A stretch of 44,978 bases of DNA from an uncultured Clostridia bacterium (GCA_905236685.1 CAJOPD010000058.1:1-44978), one strand, 5' to 3'; positions 26,515-35,745 are shown, numbered from the stretch's first letter. Notes: generated by a model not told the origin, from the letters alone. Program-made: numbers and translations.

Positions 26515-27367
26515 TTTCCGCCTCCTTTATGAGATTTGCGTATATCTCCGAGGCAAATTTAACGGTATAAATATCGGGGCGTATATTAACCCCGTCGCTT
26601 ATCAGCCTGTGTGTAAGCTCGGTAATCTGCGGCACATCAAGACCTATTTTTTTAAGTTCCCCGCTCCTTGCAAATATTTCCGAGGTTGCACCGTGCATAG
26701 CTATATGCCCGTGGTCCATAACAAGCACATTTTTTGCGAGCCTTGCAACATCTTCCATAGAATGAGATACAAACAAAATCGTCATCTGCGGGTTCTGCTT
26801 GTGCAGCTCCGACAGCCGTCCCAAAATTTCATCTCTGCCCTTCGGGTCAAGTCCCGCTGTCGGCTCGTCCAGTATGATAACCTTCGGCTGCATTGAAAGC
26901 ACGCCCGCTATTGCCGCGCGGCGCTTTTGCCCGCCCGACAGCTCAAAGGGCGATTTTTCCAAAATTTCCTCCGAAAGCCCTACCATCTGTGCCGATTTTA
27001 CAACTCGTTCCTTTATTTCCGCGTCCGAAAGCCCCATATTTTTCGGACCGAAGGCTATATCCTTATAAACCGTTTCTTCAAACAGCTGGTGTTCGGGATA
27101 CTGAAAAACAAGCCCCACGCTCTTTCTTATATCCATAAGCTTGGTCTTTGGGTCGGTGACATCAACGCCGTCTATCTCAATTTTCCCCGATGTCGCCTTT
27201 AAAAGCGCATTAAAATGCTGTATCAGAGTAGATTTTCCCGAGCCTGTATGCCCGATTATCGCCAGAAAATCGCCCGTCGGTATCTCAAAGCTCACATTAT
27301 CCACCGCTTTTTTCTCAAAGGGCATACCCTGCTGATAAATATATGTTAGGTTTGATACTTTAATCAT
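26507..27367 (-). CDS. ecfA2: ECF transporter ATPase subunit EcfA2
   Basis: Walker [10 protein letters not shown], signature LSGGQKRR and Walker [11 protein letters not shown]. Confidence 0.9.
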   Translation of the reverse strand: MIKVSNLTYIYQQGMPFEKKAVDNVSFEIPTGDFLAIIGHTGSGKSTLIQHFNALLKATSGKIEIDGVDVTDPKTKLMDIRKSVGLVFQYPEHQLFEETVYKDIAFGPKNMGLSDAEIKERVVKSAQMVGLSEEILEKSPFELSGGQKRRAAIAGVLSMQPKVIILDEPTAGLDPKGRDEILGRLSELHKQNPQMTILFVSHSMEDVARLAKNVLVMDHGHIAMHGATSEIFARSGELKKIGLDVPQITELTHRLISDGVNIRPDIYTVKFASEIYANLIKEAENV

Positions 27368-28208
27368 TCTTATCCCCTTTTTTTACCCTTTCAAGAATTG
27401 CCCTTTCGCAGTCGGCAACGGTAATTATGTCGCCCGGCAGGTCAATACCCTGTTTTTTTAGCTCAAAAATAAGCTCGGTAACCTGCGGCACATCAAGACC
27501 TATTTTTTTTATTCTTTCCACCTCGGAAAAAATCTTTTGCGGCACATCGTCCATCTCGATTTTGCCGTGGTTCATAACGATAACCCTATCGGCAAGCGCC
27601 GCCTCCTCCATAAAATGCGTTATCAAAACGACCGTCATATTGCGCGATTTATTAAGCTCTTTTATCGTTTTTATAACCTCGCGTCTGCCCTTCGGGTCAA
27701 GCATTGCTGTCGGCTCGTCAAGTATGATACACTCAGGCTCCATAGCCAGCACCGCCGCTATTGCCACACGCTGTTTTTGTCCGCCTGAAAGCCGCGACGG
27801 CGAGCTTTTTGCAAATTCCAACATATTGACCGTTTTTAAACATTCGTCAACTCTGCGCCGTATCTCCTTCGGCTCAACGCCCAAATTTTCGGGTGCAAAG
27901 GCAACTTCGTCCTCAACAATCGCCGCTACCATCTGGTTATCGGGATTTTGGAAAACCATACCCGCTGTGCTTCTTATATCAAAAATTTTGTCCTCGTCCT
28001 TTGTGTCCATTCCCGCAACATAAACAGCTCCGCCTGACGGCAGCAAAATTCCGTTAAATGTCTTTGCAAGCGTCGATTTTCCCGAGCCGTTATGCCCCAA
28101 AACAGCGACAAAGCTGCCCCTTTCAATATGGAGGTTAAGCTCTTTTAAAACATATTTTTTCGGCTCTTCTTCATCATAAGTGAAGGTTATATTTTTTGCA
28201 TCAATCAT
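27360..28208 (-). CDS. ecfA1: ECF transporter ATPase subunit EcfA1
   Basis: Walker [10 protein letters not shown], signature LSGGQKQR and Walker [11 protein letters not shown]. Confidence 0.9.
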   Translation of the reverse strand: MIDAKNITFTYDEEEPKKYVLKELNLHIERGSFVAVLGHNGSGKSTLAKTFNGILLPSGGAVYVAGMDTKDEDKIFDIRSTAGMVFQNPDNQMVAAIVEDEVAFAPENLGVEPKEIRRRVDECLKTVNMLEFAKSSPSRLSGGQKQRVAIAAVLAMEPECIILDEPTAMLDPKGRREVIKTIKELNKSRNMTVVLITHFMEEAALADRVIVMNHGKIEMDDVPQKIFSEVERIKKIGLDVPQVTELIFELKKQGIDLPGDIITVADCERAILERVKKGDKND

Positions 28209-29082
28209 AATAATCGTTTCCGTTCCAGCGACAGCTTATTCCGCACGGCAAAACCATATTTTTGTCCTGCATCATAAGCCCGATTTCATCACAGCTTATC
28301 TTTCCGCCAAATTTTTGTTTAAGAGTAAGCTCTGTAACATTTTCCAGAATTGTTTTGGAAAGCCCCGTTGTATACGCATTTATGAGGAAAAACAAGGGCT
28401 TGTCCGTCAACACTTTAATACATTCCTCTATGAGCGGATAAAGCTCGTCCTCTATCTTCCAAAGTTCGCCCTTAGGACCTCTTCCGTATGATGGGGGGTC
28501 CATAATTACCGCGTCATATTTTTTGCCGCGCCGTGCTTCGCGTGCGACAAACTTTTTAACATCGTCAACAATATACCTCACAGGTCTGTCGGAAAGCCCC
28601 GACGACGCCACATTCTCCTTTGCCCAGGACACCATACCGCGTGACGCGTCCACATGGCAAACCTCCGCTCCCGCCGCAAGCGCCGCAACCGTTGCGCCGC
28701 CCGTGTATGCGAAAAGATTTAGAACCGACACAGGCTTTTCTGCATTTTTTATAATCTCTGAAAACCAGTCCCAGTTGACCGCCTGTTCGGGAAAAAGCCC
28801 CGTATGTTTAAAGCCCATAGGCTTTATGTTAAAGGTAAGATTTTTGTAGCTGACCGTCCATCTTTCAGGGATTTTTTTGTTAAAAATCTCCCAATGTCCG
28901 CCGCCCGTGCTGCTTCTTTTGTATGTTGCGTCGGTTTTGCTCCAAAGCGCCGTGCGCGATTTTTGTGTCCACACAGCCTGCGGCTCGGGACGCCGCAGCA
29001 GCACATTTTTCCAATATTCCAGCTTTTCTCCGCCCGCCGCGTCTATCAAAATGTAATCCTTCCATTCAGAAGCACACCACAT
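28201..29082 (-). CDS. class I SAM-dependent methyltransferase (RlmI/RlmK-like catalytic domain, no PUA)
   Basis: SAM motif [20 protein letters not shown] and the catalytic-type DPPSYGRG (DPP-x) motif. It overlaps the ecfA1 start by 8 nt. Confidence 0.8.
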   Translation of the reverse strand: MWCASEWKDYILIDAAGGEKLEYWKNVLLRRPEPQAVWTQKSRTALWSKTDATYKRSSTGGGHWEIFNKKIPERWTVSYKNLTFNIKPMGFKHTGLFPEQAVNWDWFSEIIKNAEKPVSVLNLFAYTGGATVAALAAGAEVCHVDASRGMVSWAKENVASSGLSDRPVRYIVDDVKKFVAREARRGKKYDAVIMDPPSYGRGPKGELWKIEDELYPLIEECIKVLTDKPLFFLINAYTTGLSKTILENVTELTLKQKFGGKISCDEIGLMMQDKNMVLPCGISCRWNGNDYYD

Positions 29083-29682
29083 TTATTTTCTCCTTTTTTC
29101 AACTGCTTCCATAACAGCTTTTGCTATAATCGTTACTAAAACCGTAGCGGCAACCGCCTCAACAAGCGAATTTGTGGTAACCAAAACTCCTATTATTTTT
29201 ATAACGCTGTCGCCCAGATTTTCTATAACAGGCTCTGAATTTCTAAAAAGCAGCAACAGGGCGCTCACAAAGAGAACGGTATTAAGCGCCGACGCCAAAA
29301 ATGCGGAAATCGCATAGGCAAAAGTCTGCTTTATTTCGGTTTTTTTCAAAAGCTCAAAACAAAGCCCCGTAAGGTAACCCATCGCCGCTCTCGGCAATAT
29401 ACATAAGATTGCTGTAAACAGCGGATTTACGCCAAAAAGCAAGGTTCCGAAGGCGTCCATACCGAAACATTGCGCAAAGCTCGTAAGACCGAAAATTGTT
29501 CCCAGTATAAGCCCTCCCGATGCGCCTAAAACAATAGCGCCTATCGCAACGGGGATTGTTAAAAATGTAATCGAAAGAGGTCCTATTTTAAGATATCCGA
29601 GCGGAGTAAAGGACATCAGCACAATGATAGCGCCCAACACCGCAATTTCGGCAAGTCTTTTTGTCGTATTTTGTTTTGTCAT
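29083..29682 (-). CDS. ECF transporter S (substrate-capture) component, substrate unknown
   Basis: A six-TM 199-aa protein whose N-terminus (AEIAVLGAIIVLMSFTPLGYLKIGPLSITFLTIPV) is typical of S components. Its stop abuts the methyltransferase start. Confidence 0.75.
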   Translation of the reverse strand: MTKQNTTKRLAEIAVLGAIIVLMSFTPLGYLKIGPLSITFLTIPVAIGAIVLGASGGLILGTIFGLTSFAQCFGMDAFGTLLFGVNPLFTAILCILPRAAMGYLTGLCFELLKKTEIKQTFAYAISAFLASALNTVLFVSALLLLFRNSEPVIENLGDSVIKIIGVLVTTNSLVEAVAATVLVTIIAKAVMEAVEKRRK

Positions 29683-29818
29683 ACAGCATCATCTCCAAAA
29701 GAGGTATTTTCCTGTAATTCTATCATATTTTGCCGTTTTGGTCAATAGTTTACAGGGCTTTTTAATATATTTGAAATCATCGGAAATAAGTGATATAATG
29801 AATAAAAGAGGTGAATTT

Positions 29819-30700
29819 ATGCGTGAATTTGTGCTGACCGTTCCCGAAGCTTTTGCAAACCGTGAAATTAAACACATACTTAAAAATCATTTCGGCTTTT
29901 CAAGCCGTCTCATAACCGCCTTAAAAGAAGGCGACGGCATAACTTTAAACGGGAAAAAGGAATTTGTGAACAAAAAGGTTTCGTCGGGCGATATTCTTAA
30001 AATCACCCTTTACGACAGGGCCTCAAAAAACATAACCCCTGAAAATATACCCTTGGAAATTTTGTTTGAAGATGAGGACCTGCTCATCATAAACAAGCCC
30101 CCAAAAATGCCGACGCATACATCGGTTTACCATACAACAGGGACCGTCGCAAATGCCGTTTTATACTACTTTAAAGACCGTCCCTTTACCTTCCGCGCAC
30201 CGTCACGGCTTGACCGCGACACATCAGGCGTTTTGATAATTGCGAAAAATGCGTGGAGCGGCGACTGCATTTCCCGCGCCATAAAAAACGGCGAATTTGA
30301 AAAGGAATATTCCGCAGTTTGCGTGGGTACGCCAAAAAACAGAAAAGGCACGGTAAACGCGCCCATCAAACGCGAAAAAGAGGGGATTATAAAGCGGATA
30401 ATAGCGCCGGACGGCAAAAGCGCCGTGACAGAATATGAGGTGCTCTGCGAAAAAGGCGGTCTGAGCCTTATAAAACTGCACCCCAAAACAGGCAGAACAC
30501 ATCAGATACGCCTGCACCTTGCATATATCGGTACGCCCATTTACGCCGATTTTCTGTACGGCAGGGATATTGACGGCGAAAGAATACGCCTGCATTGCAG
30601 CAGCGTGCAGTTTATGCACCCCGTCACAAAGAAAATTATGAAAATTACCGCTCCGCTCCCCGCCGATATGGATATTACAAAATTACAAAAGTCTTTTTAG
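29819..30700 (+). CDS. RluA family 23S rRNA/tRNA pseudouridine synthase (S4 domain plus catalytic domain)
   Basis: SRLDRDTSGV catalytic Asp motif. The ATG at 29819 follows AGAGGTG. The upstream 65 codons of the track ORF lie antisense to the S-component gene and are rejected. Confidence 0.9.
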   Translation: MREFVLTVPEAFANREIKHILKNHFGFSSRLITALKEGDGITLNGKKEFVNKKVSSGDILKITLYDRASKNITPENIPLEILFEDEDLLIINKPPKMPTHTSVYHTTGTVANAVLYYFKDRPFTFRAPSRLDRDTSGVLIIAKNAWSGDCISRAIKNGEFEKEYSAVCVGTPKNRKGTVNAPIKREKEGIIKRIIAPDGKSAVTEYEVLCEKGGLSLIKLHPKTGRTHQIRLHLAYIGTPIYADFLYGRDIDGERIRLHCSSVQFMHPVTKKIMKITAPLPADMDITKLQKSF

Positions 30701-31831
30701 CACACGCTCTATCTTATCTTTCGATGCCAAAATCCTTCCCTCGGCCATATCGTCTTTGCCGCCGCCTTTTCCCGAAAGCTCTGAGTTAAGCGCCTTTGCA
30801 AAGTCTGCGGCGCCGCTTTTTGCGGTAACGATATAGCTGTAACCGATACCGTCGTCACCTGCAAAAACGGCGAATATCCCGCCTATGCGTATTTTTCCCT
30901 CGTTTGCGATGATACGCAGGGCGTTTTTTTCGGTAATATCGGAAAAAATATAAAAATTGCCGTCCGTTTCAGGTATATTCTGTGCTTGCGCCAAAGCAAG
31001 CCTTTTTAATATCCCGTTTTTTTCGCGGTTTGCCGTTTCCAGCTCGTTTTTAAGCTTTGAAACAGCCTTTAAAACCTCATTTTGCGGTACCGACAGCATA
31101 GCGGAAATTCCGTACACGCTTTTTTGTTTTTCCGAATAATCGCAGAGCGCGTCCTTTGCGCATATCATCTTTATCCGAATACCGCCCCTATGGCGCATTG
31201 TTTCGGTAAATTTGATTATGCCCGCCTCTCCCGTCCTTTTGAGGTGCGGCGCACAGCAGGCGCATACATCAATTCCGTCTATCGTAACAATTCTTATTCT
31301 GCCCAAAATGTCGGTTTTGCTGCGGTAATTTATGCTTTCAAGCTCCTTTTCTGTCGGGTAGCTTGCCGATATTTCAAGATTTTTCCATACCGCTTCATTT
31401 GCGAGCCTTTCAAGTTCCAAAAGCTGATTTTCGGTAAGCTCCGCGTCATAATCTATGGTAACGCCGTCTTTATCTAAATGGAAACCGACATTATTAAGCC
31501 CAAAATGCGAAAAGGCTATGCCCGAAACGATATGCTCCGCGCTATGATGCTGCATTTTGCGGAAACGCTCCTCCCAGTCGAGCTCGCCGCTCACCTGTTT
31601 GCCGACTTCAATCGGATTTTTTACAAGATGATAAACCTCGTCATTTTCCAAAATAACCGATAAAACCTTCTGCCCGTCAAGTGTGCCGCTGTCACATTCC
31701 TGACCGCCCGCCGTCATAAAAAATGCCGTTTTGTCAAGCAAAATCAAATACCCGTCCTTATGCGGCACGCACCTTTCTACCGACGCAGTAAAGCTATGTA
31801 TATAACTGTCCTCGTAATATAATTTTATCAT
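30683..31831 (-). CDS. alaX: alanyl-tRNA editing protein (AlaX-type: AlaRS second additional domain plus DHHA1-like C-terminus)
   Basis: HSAEHIVS (HxxxH) and CCAPH (CxxxH) zinc-site motifs of the AlaRS editing domain. The start lies 1 nt after the scfB stop. Confidence 0.85.
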   Translation of the reverse strand: MIKLYYEDSYIHSFTASVERCVPHKDGYLILLDKTAFFMTAGGQECDSGTLDGQKVLSVILENDEVYHLVKNPIEVGKQVSGELDWEERFRKMQHHSAEHIVSGIAFSHFGLNNVGFHLDKDGVTIDYDAELTENQLLELERLANEAVWKNLEISASYPTEKELESINYRSKTDILGRIRIVTIDGIDVCACCAPHLKRTGEAGIIKFTETMRHRGGIRIKMICAKDALCDYSEKQKSVYGISAMLSVPQNEVLKAVSKLKNELETANREKNGILKRLALAQAQNIPETDGNFYIFSDITEKNALRIIANEGKIRIGGIFAVFAGDDGIGYSYIVTAKSGAADFAKALNSELSGKGGGKDDMAEGRILASKDKIERVLKRLL

Positions 31832-31832
31832 T

Positions 31833-33203
31833 TCAGCTCCTCTTTTTAAGCGCCTTGTCCACCTGCATCATAATAGCACATTCCATACGCTTTTTAAAAA
31901 GCTCGCAGCCATATTCATAGACCTTTTCTATATCTCCTGCCGCGTGATACGCGTTCGCCGCACAGCCGCCAGAACAATAGAGCTTCGCCCAGCAGTCACG
32001 GCACTCGGGACGGGAATATGCGTTGCACTTTCTGAACTTTTCGCGGAGCGCGGTGTTTGTAACGCCGTCCCATACATTGCCCATACTGTACTTTTCATCG
32101 CCGACAAACTGGTGGCACGGGAAGAATTCGCCCCACGGCGTGACCGCCATATATTCTGTGCCCGAGCCGCAGCCCGAAATCCGTTTATATATACAGGGAC
32201 CGTTTTCCAAATCTATCATATAGTGATAAAAATTAAAGCCCCTGCCTTCGCTGTCCCTTTTTATCATTTCCTCCGCCAAAATCTCGTACTGCCTGAATAA
32301 AGTCGGCAAATCTTCCTTCGTAAGAGCGCACTCATCATCGGGTGCACAAACCACAGGCTCCATACTGAGCTCGGTAAAGCCCAAGTCCGCCATATGAAAA
32401 ATATCCTTTGTAAAATCGGTGTTTTTATGCGTATAGGTACCCCGTATGTAATAGCTTTTATCGCCGCGCTTTTTGACAAAATCCAAAAACTTCGGCACAA
32501 TTACATCATAACTGCCCTTTCCTTTATAGTCCTTTCGGAAACGGTCGTGCACCTCGCGCCGCCCGTCAAGGCTTAAAACCACATTATTCATTTCCCTGTT
32601 GCAAAAATCGGTTACCTCATCATCGAGCAAAACTCCGTTTGTGGTGAGAGTAAAGCGGAAATTTTTGCCCTTTTCCTTTTCAATACTGCGGCAATATTCC
32701 ACAATTTTTTTGACAACCTCAAAATTCATAAGCGGCTCGCCGCCGAAAAAATCCACTTCAAGATTTCTCCTGTCTCCCGAATTTTCGATAAGGAAATCTA
32801 TCGCCTGCTTTCCGACCTCAAAGCTCATCAAAGCTCTGTCGCCCTTATATTTTCCCTGTCCCGCAAAGCAATAACTGCAATTTAAGTTACAGGTGTGTGC
32901 AATATGAAGGCACAGCGCCTTTACCTCATTATTTTTACCTTTCAGAGTATCCGCCTTATCGGCGTAAATATCCTCGCAAAAAAGCTGTTTTTCCGCCTTC
33001 AAATTTTCTATATCGGCTATGCACGAAAGGACATCTTGCTCCGATATTTCGCACTTTTCGGTGATTTTTCGGACAATTTCATCTTTGCCGCATTTTTCGT
33101 ACATTTCTATAACATTATAGGCAACATCATCAACAGCGTGCACCGCTCCGCTGAAAGCGTCTATAACAATATTATATCCGTTTAATTTATACTGGTGTAC
33201 CAT
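31833..33203 (-). CDS. scfB: SCIFF radical SAM/SPASM maturase (thioether cross-link-forming, ScfB/CteB type)
   Basis: CNLNCSYCF (CxxxCxxC) radical SAM motif and a C-terminal SPASM Cys cluster (CRDCWAKLYCSGGC). The N-terminus MVHQYKLNGYNIVIDAFSGAVHAVDDV is typical of SCIFF maturases. It is adjacent to the SCIFF precursor. Confidence 0.9.
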   Translation of the reverse strand: MVHQYKLNGYNIVIDAFSGAVHAVDDVAYNVIEMYEKCGKDEIVRKITEKCEISEQDVLSCIADIENLKAEKQLFCEDIYADKADTLKGKNNEVKALCLHIAHTCNLNCSYCFAGQGKYKGDRALMSFEVGKQAIDFLIENSGDRRNLEVDFFGGEPLMNFEVVKKIVEYCRSIEKEKGKNFRFTLTTNGVLLDDEVTDFCNREMNNVVLSLDGRREVHDRFRKDYKGKGSYDVIVPKFLDFVKKRGDKSYYIRGTYTHKNTDFTKDIFHMADLGFTELSMEPVVCAPDDECALTKEDLPTLFRQYEILAEEMIKRDSEGRGFNFYHYMIDLENGPCIYKRISGCGSGTEYMAVTPWGEFFPCHQFVGDEKYSMGNVWDGVTNTALREKFRKCNAYSRPECRDCWAKLYCSGGCAANAYHAAGDIEKVYEYGCELFKKRMECAIMMQVDKALKKRS

Positions 33204-33216
33204 ATCTTTCTCCTCA

Positions 33217-33254
33217 TAAAAAATTTGCCGACCGATAGTCTATCAGACGACAAA
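33217..33254 (-). terminator. intrinsic terminator/attenuator between scfA and scfB
   Basis: A 15-position stem (33224-33238 with 33240-33254). On the minus-strand RNA it has 1 mismatch and 2 G-U pairs, versus 3 mismatches on the plus strand. UUUUUU follows, then the scfB RBS GAGGAG. Confidence 0.6.
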
Positions 33255-33268
33255 TTCATAGCTTATAA

Positions 33269-33532
33269 TTATCTGTTTTCACAAGGCTGATTTGCAACTC
33301 CGCAGGAGGTCTTGCACGCCGACTGGCACGAGGTCTGACATTCCCCGCAGCCACCCTCGCAGTTTGTCAAATTCCTTGTTACAAGCGTCACAATTCTTGA
33401 ACCCGCTTCACAAGGCTGATTTACAACTCCGCAGGAGGTCTTGCACGCCGACTGACACGAGGTCTGACATTCCCCGCAGCCGCCCTCGCAGTTTGTCAAA
33501 TTTCTTGTTATCAATGTTTTAATTCTGCTCAT
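33269..33532 (-). CDS. scfA: SCIFF-family ranthipeptide precursor, tandemly duplicated (two leader+core modules, 87 aa)
   Basis: Each half carries the SCIFF signature GGCGECQTSCQSACKTSC...NQPCE, preceded by an SRI(K/V)TL(I/V)TRNLTN leader-like segment. AGGAG RBS is present. It lies immediately upstream of the maturase. Confidence 0.85.
   Translation of the reverse strand: MSRIKTLITRNLTNCEGGCGECQTSCQSACKTSCGVVNQPCEAGSRIVTLVTRNLTNCEGGCGECQTSCQSACKTSCGVANQPCENR
33279..33532 (-). repeat. in-frame tandem direct repeat, 129-nt period, two units
   Basis: Unit starts at 33279 and 33408 (TCACAAGGCTGATTT...). There are 4 substitutions in the first 103 nt. The last ~25 nt of each unit are more diverged. 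Confidence 0.9.
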
Positions 33533-33571
33533 TTTTATTCTCCTTGCATCAGAAAAATCTTAACTGTGACT

Positions 33572-33600
33572 ATTATATAGCCTTTTTTTTACATTGTCAA
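33572..33600 (-). promoter_or_regulatory. consensus sigma-A promoter for scfA (TTGACA-17-TATAAT)
   Basis: On the minus strand, TTGACA (33600-33595), exactly 17 nt, then TATAAT (33577-33572). It abuts the stop of the upstream decarboxylase gene. Confidence 0.6.
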
Positions 33601-33601
33601 G

Positions 33602-34960
33602 TTATTTTTTGACGAGTATCTTATCGTCCCGAATATCACCGAAAAGGTTTAGCCCGCTTTTTTCATATTCGCGCATCTTTTTAACAGCGTTTTCGGTAAT
33701 TTCCTCATCAGGCACCAAAATCGGCACCTCAGGCGGATACGCCCAAAGGTATCCCGCGGAAATCCTGCCGCACGCCTTTTCAATTTCGCAAAATTCACAA
33801 TCCTCCGAAAAGGCATTTTCGTGTTCGGAAAGCGTGCGTTTTGCTTTGTTAATGCTTGTCCTGCCTTTGTCAAGCTTTTTAAGCGACTTTGCGAGCTTTT
33901 TGAGATTTTTGCGGGTTTCCCCCGCGCCCGTCATACAAATCACATAGTGCGGCGCGGTCATTTCAGGCTCTATCCCGCACTTGCGCAAGCCCTCCGCCAG
34001 CTCTGCGCCGCTTTGATTTTTTGGAAAAAGCACAATTTTGCTTTTGTCTATGTCAAAAAATTTGTTATCCGCATTTGTTAAAATTTCAATATTTTTAAGC
34101 GGCAAAATATCTTTATAAAATTTTTCCAAGTTTTTCTCCCAATCGCTGAAAATCGCTTTACCGCGCGTTTTCAGCTCATTTATACAGCCGTCTGCCGACG
34201 AAAGCAGTATATATGACGGACTGCTTGTTTCAAAAACGGAAAGCATTTTTGAAACCGCATTTTTATCAATCAAATTGCCCGAAACATAGCATACTGCCGT
34301 CTGTGTGAGGCTCGGAAGCGTTTTATGAAGGCTCTCGACAGCCGCGTCCGCACCGAGTTTTACCGCGTCCTTCGGAAAATTCCCAAAGCCGAAATGCGCG
34401 CCGTGCGCCGCGTCCACCAAAACGGGAATACCCCGTTTGTGCGCCGCCGCGCAGATTTTTTCTATGTCGCTTATTATGCCCTCATAGGTCGGACTTGTAA
34501 CAATTATCAGCTTTGCGTCGGGATTTTCCTTGATTTTTTGTTCTGTTTCCAAAGGGCTTACCGACCCCGATACTCCGTATTTATTGCTGTTTTCGGGATA
34601 AACAAAAACAGGCTTTGCTCCCGCAAGGCTTATGCCGTTATAGACCGATTTATGACAGTTCCGCGCCACAATTACCTTATCATCTTTTTTGAGCACGGCG
34701 CATATTACCGCCAAAATTCCGCAGGTTGAGCCGTTTACCAAATAAAATGCCCTATCGGCACCCCGCAGCTTTGCCGCCTTTTCCATAGATTTTTTAAGTA
34801 TTCCGCTTGCACTGTGGAGATTGTCAAAGCCCTTGATTTCGGTTATGTCGATATCCGAAAAGGCTTTTAAATAACGGAATTTTTTGCCGTTTCTCTTATG
34901 CCCCGGCATATGCATAGGCGTTTTTTTGTTCTTCTTTAACTTTTCAAATAATTCTTCCAT
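33602..34960 (-). CDS. PLP-dependent Orn/Lys/Arg decarboxylase family protein (fold type I)
   Basis: N-terminal PMHMPGHKRN motif characteristic of the OKR_DC_1 major domain. Length is ~450 aa and it lacks the wing domain, as in Firmicutes YaaO/SpeA-like enzymes. Confidence 0.85.
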   Translation of the reverse strand: MEELFEKLKKNKKTPMHMPGHKRNGKKFRYLKAFSDIDITEIKGFDNLHSASGILKKSMEKAAKLRGADRAFYLVNGSTCGILAVICAVLKKDDKVIVARNCHKSVYNGISLAGAKPVFVYPENSNKYGVSGSVSPLETEQKIKENPDAKLIIVTSPTYEGIISDIEKICAAAHKRGIPVLVDAAHGAHFGFGNFPKDAVKLGADAAVESLHKTLPSLTQTAVCYVSGNLIDKNAVSKMLSVFETSSPSYILLSSADGCINELKTRGKAIFSDWEKNLEKFYKDILPLKNIEILTNADNKFFDIDKSKIVLFPKNQSGAELAEGLRKCGIEPEMTAPHYVICMTGAGETRKNLKKLAKSLKKLDKGRTSINKAKRTLSEHENAFSEDCEFCEIEKACGRISAGYLWAYPPEVPILVPDEEITENAVKKMREYEKSGLNLFGDIRDDKILVKK

Positions 34961-34976
34961 AAAAGCCTGCTTTCTT

Positions 34977-35003
34977 AAAAAACCGCCGTAAAAGCGGTTT
35001 TTT
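34977..35003 (-). terminator. weak intrinsic terminator after mgtC
   Basis: AAAAAACCGC-N7-GCGGTTTTTT. The G-C core is short and extended by A-U pairs. It overlaps the mgtC stop. Confidence 0.45.
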
Positions 35004-35676
35004 ATATCGAGAAGGAGTGAATATACGGTGCTTCCTTAAAAGTCCTCAGAATGCTGTCGTAATCTATATCCGCATCAATCGAAACATCCATTTCTATTTC
35101 AATAAGTCCTGCTTCCTTCTTCCTGCATTTCATACCGCCCACCGATATATTGTACTTTTCAAGCATATTATGCAAAAAATCCATCGCTTCCTCATCATCT
35201 GTTATTGTAACGGCTAAAACTTCCTCGCTCGGCATATGCAGAATTTTATAATTTTTATGAAGGATTACCTGCGAAATAACAATCAGCACCGTTGCAACTA
35301 TCGCGATAATATACAGCCCTGCGCCCATAGCAAGACCTACTCCTGCCGTCGCCCATATTCCCGCCGCAGTAGTTAATCCCCTTACAAGATGGCGGTTAAA
35401 ATATATCATTCCTGCGCCCAAAAATCCGACGCCGCTTACTACTTGTGCTGCAATTCTGGCGGGGTCTGCACCGCGCATACCCGGGTAGCCGACTAAATCA
35501 GCAAATCCGTATTTTGAAACTATCATCATAAGTGCAGCGGCAAGCGCAACTATTGTATGCGTCCTTACGCCTGCGCCTTTACCTCTGTTTTTGCGTTCAT
35601 AGCCTATGACCAGCCCGCATAAAGAGGCAAGCAAAAGCCTGAAAATGAACACTAACTGCTCCGATACAAAGTTCAT
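35002..35676 (-). CDS. mgtC: MgtC/SapB family membrane protein
   Basis: The GYERKNRGKGAGVRTH motif, four to five TM helices, and a C-terminal ACT-like soluble domain. Confidence 0.85.
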   Translation of the reverse strand: MNFVSEQLVFIFRLLLASLCGLVIGYERKNRGKGAGVRTHTIVALAAALMMIVSKYGFADLVGYPGMRGADPARIAAQVVSGVGFLGAGMIYFNRHLVRGLTTAAGIWATAGVGLAMGAGLYIIAIVATVLIVISQVILHKNYKILHMPSEEVLAVTITDDEEAMDFLHNMLEKYNISVGGMKCRKKEAGLIEIEMDVSIDADIDYDSILRTFKEAPYIHSFSI

Positions 35677-35745
35677 TATAGTCCCTCCCTCTATTTTTTT
35701 ATCCTATCACTTTTCCCTCGCTGTGTCAAGGCAGGGCTTTTCCGC

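Noticed and set aside
27427-28023. 198-aa ORF antisense to ecfA1, plus several other 60-95-aa ORFs antisense to the ecf genes
   Set aside because: It is fully embedded opposite a gene with strong ABC ATPase motifs. Its composition is low-complexity Ser/Ile-rich and it has no RBS. This is typical shadow ORF behaviour.
26507-28208. Similarity between the two adjacent ATPase genes as a possible repeat or mobile duplication
   Set aside because: These are the expected EcfA1/EcfA2 paralogues of the ECF module. They are diverged throughout and are not a recent repeat.
33279-33532. Direct repeats that might suggest a CRISPR array or minisatellite
   Set aside because: There are only two units, with no spacers. 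The period is a multiple of three, and the repeat lies wholly inside a coding frame with a recognisable peptide signature. It is a coding-sequence duplication.
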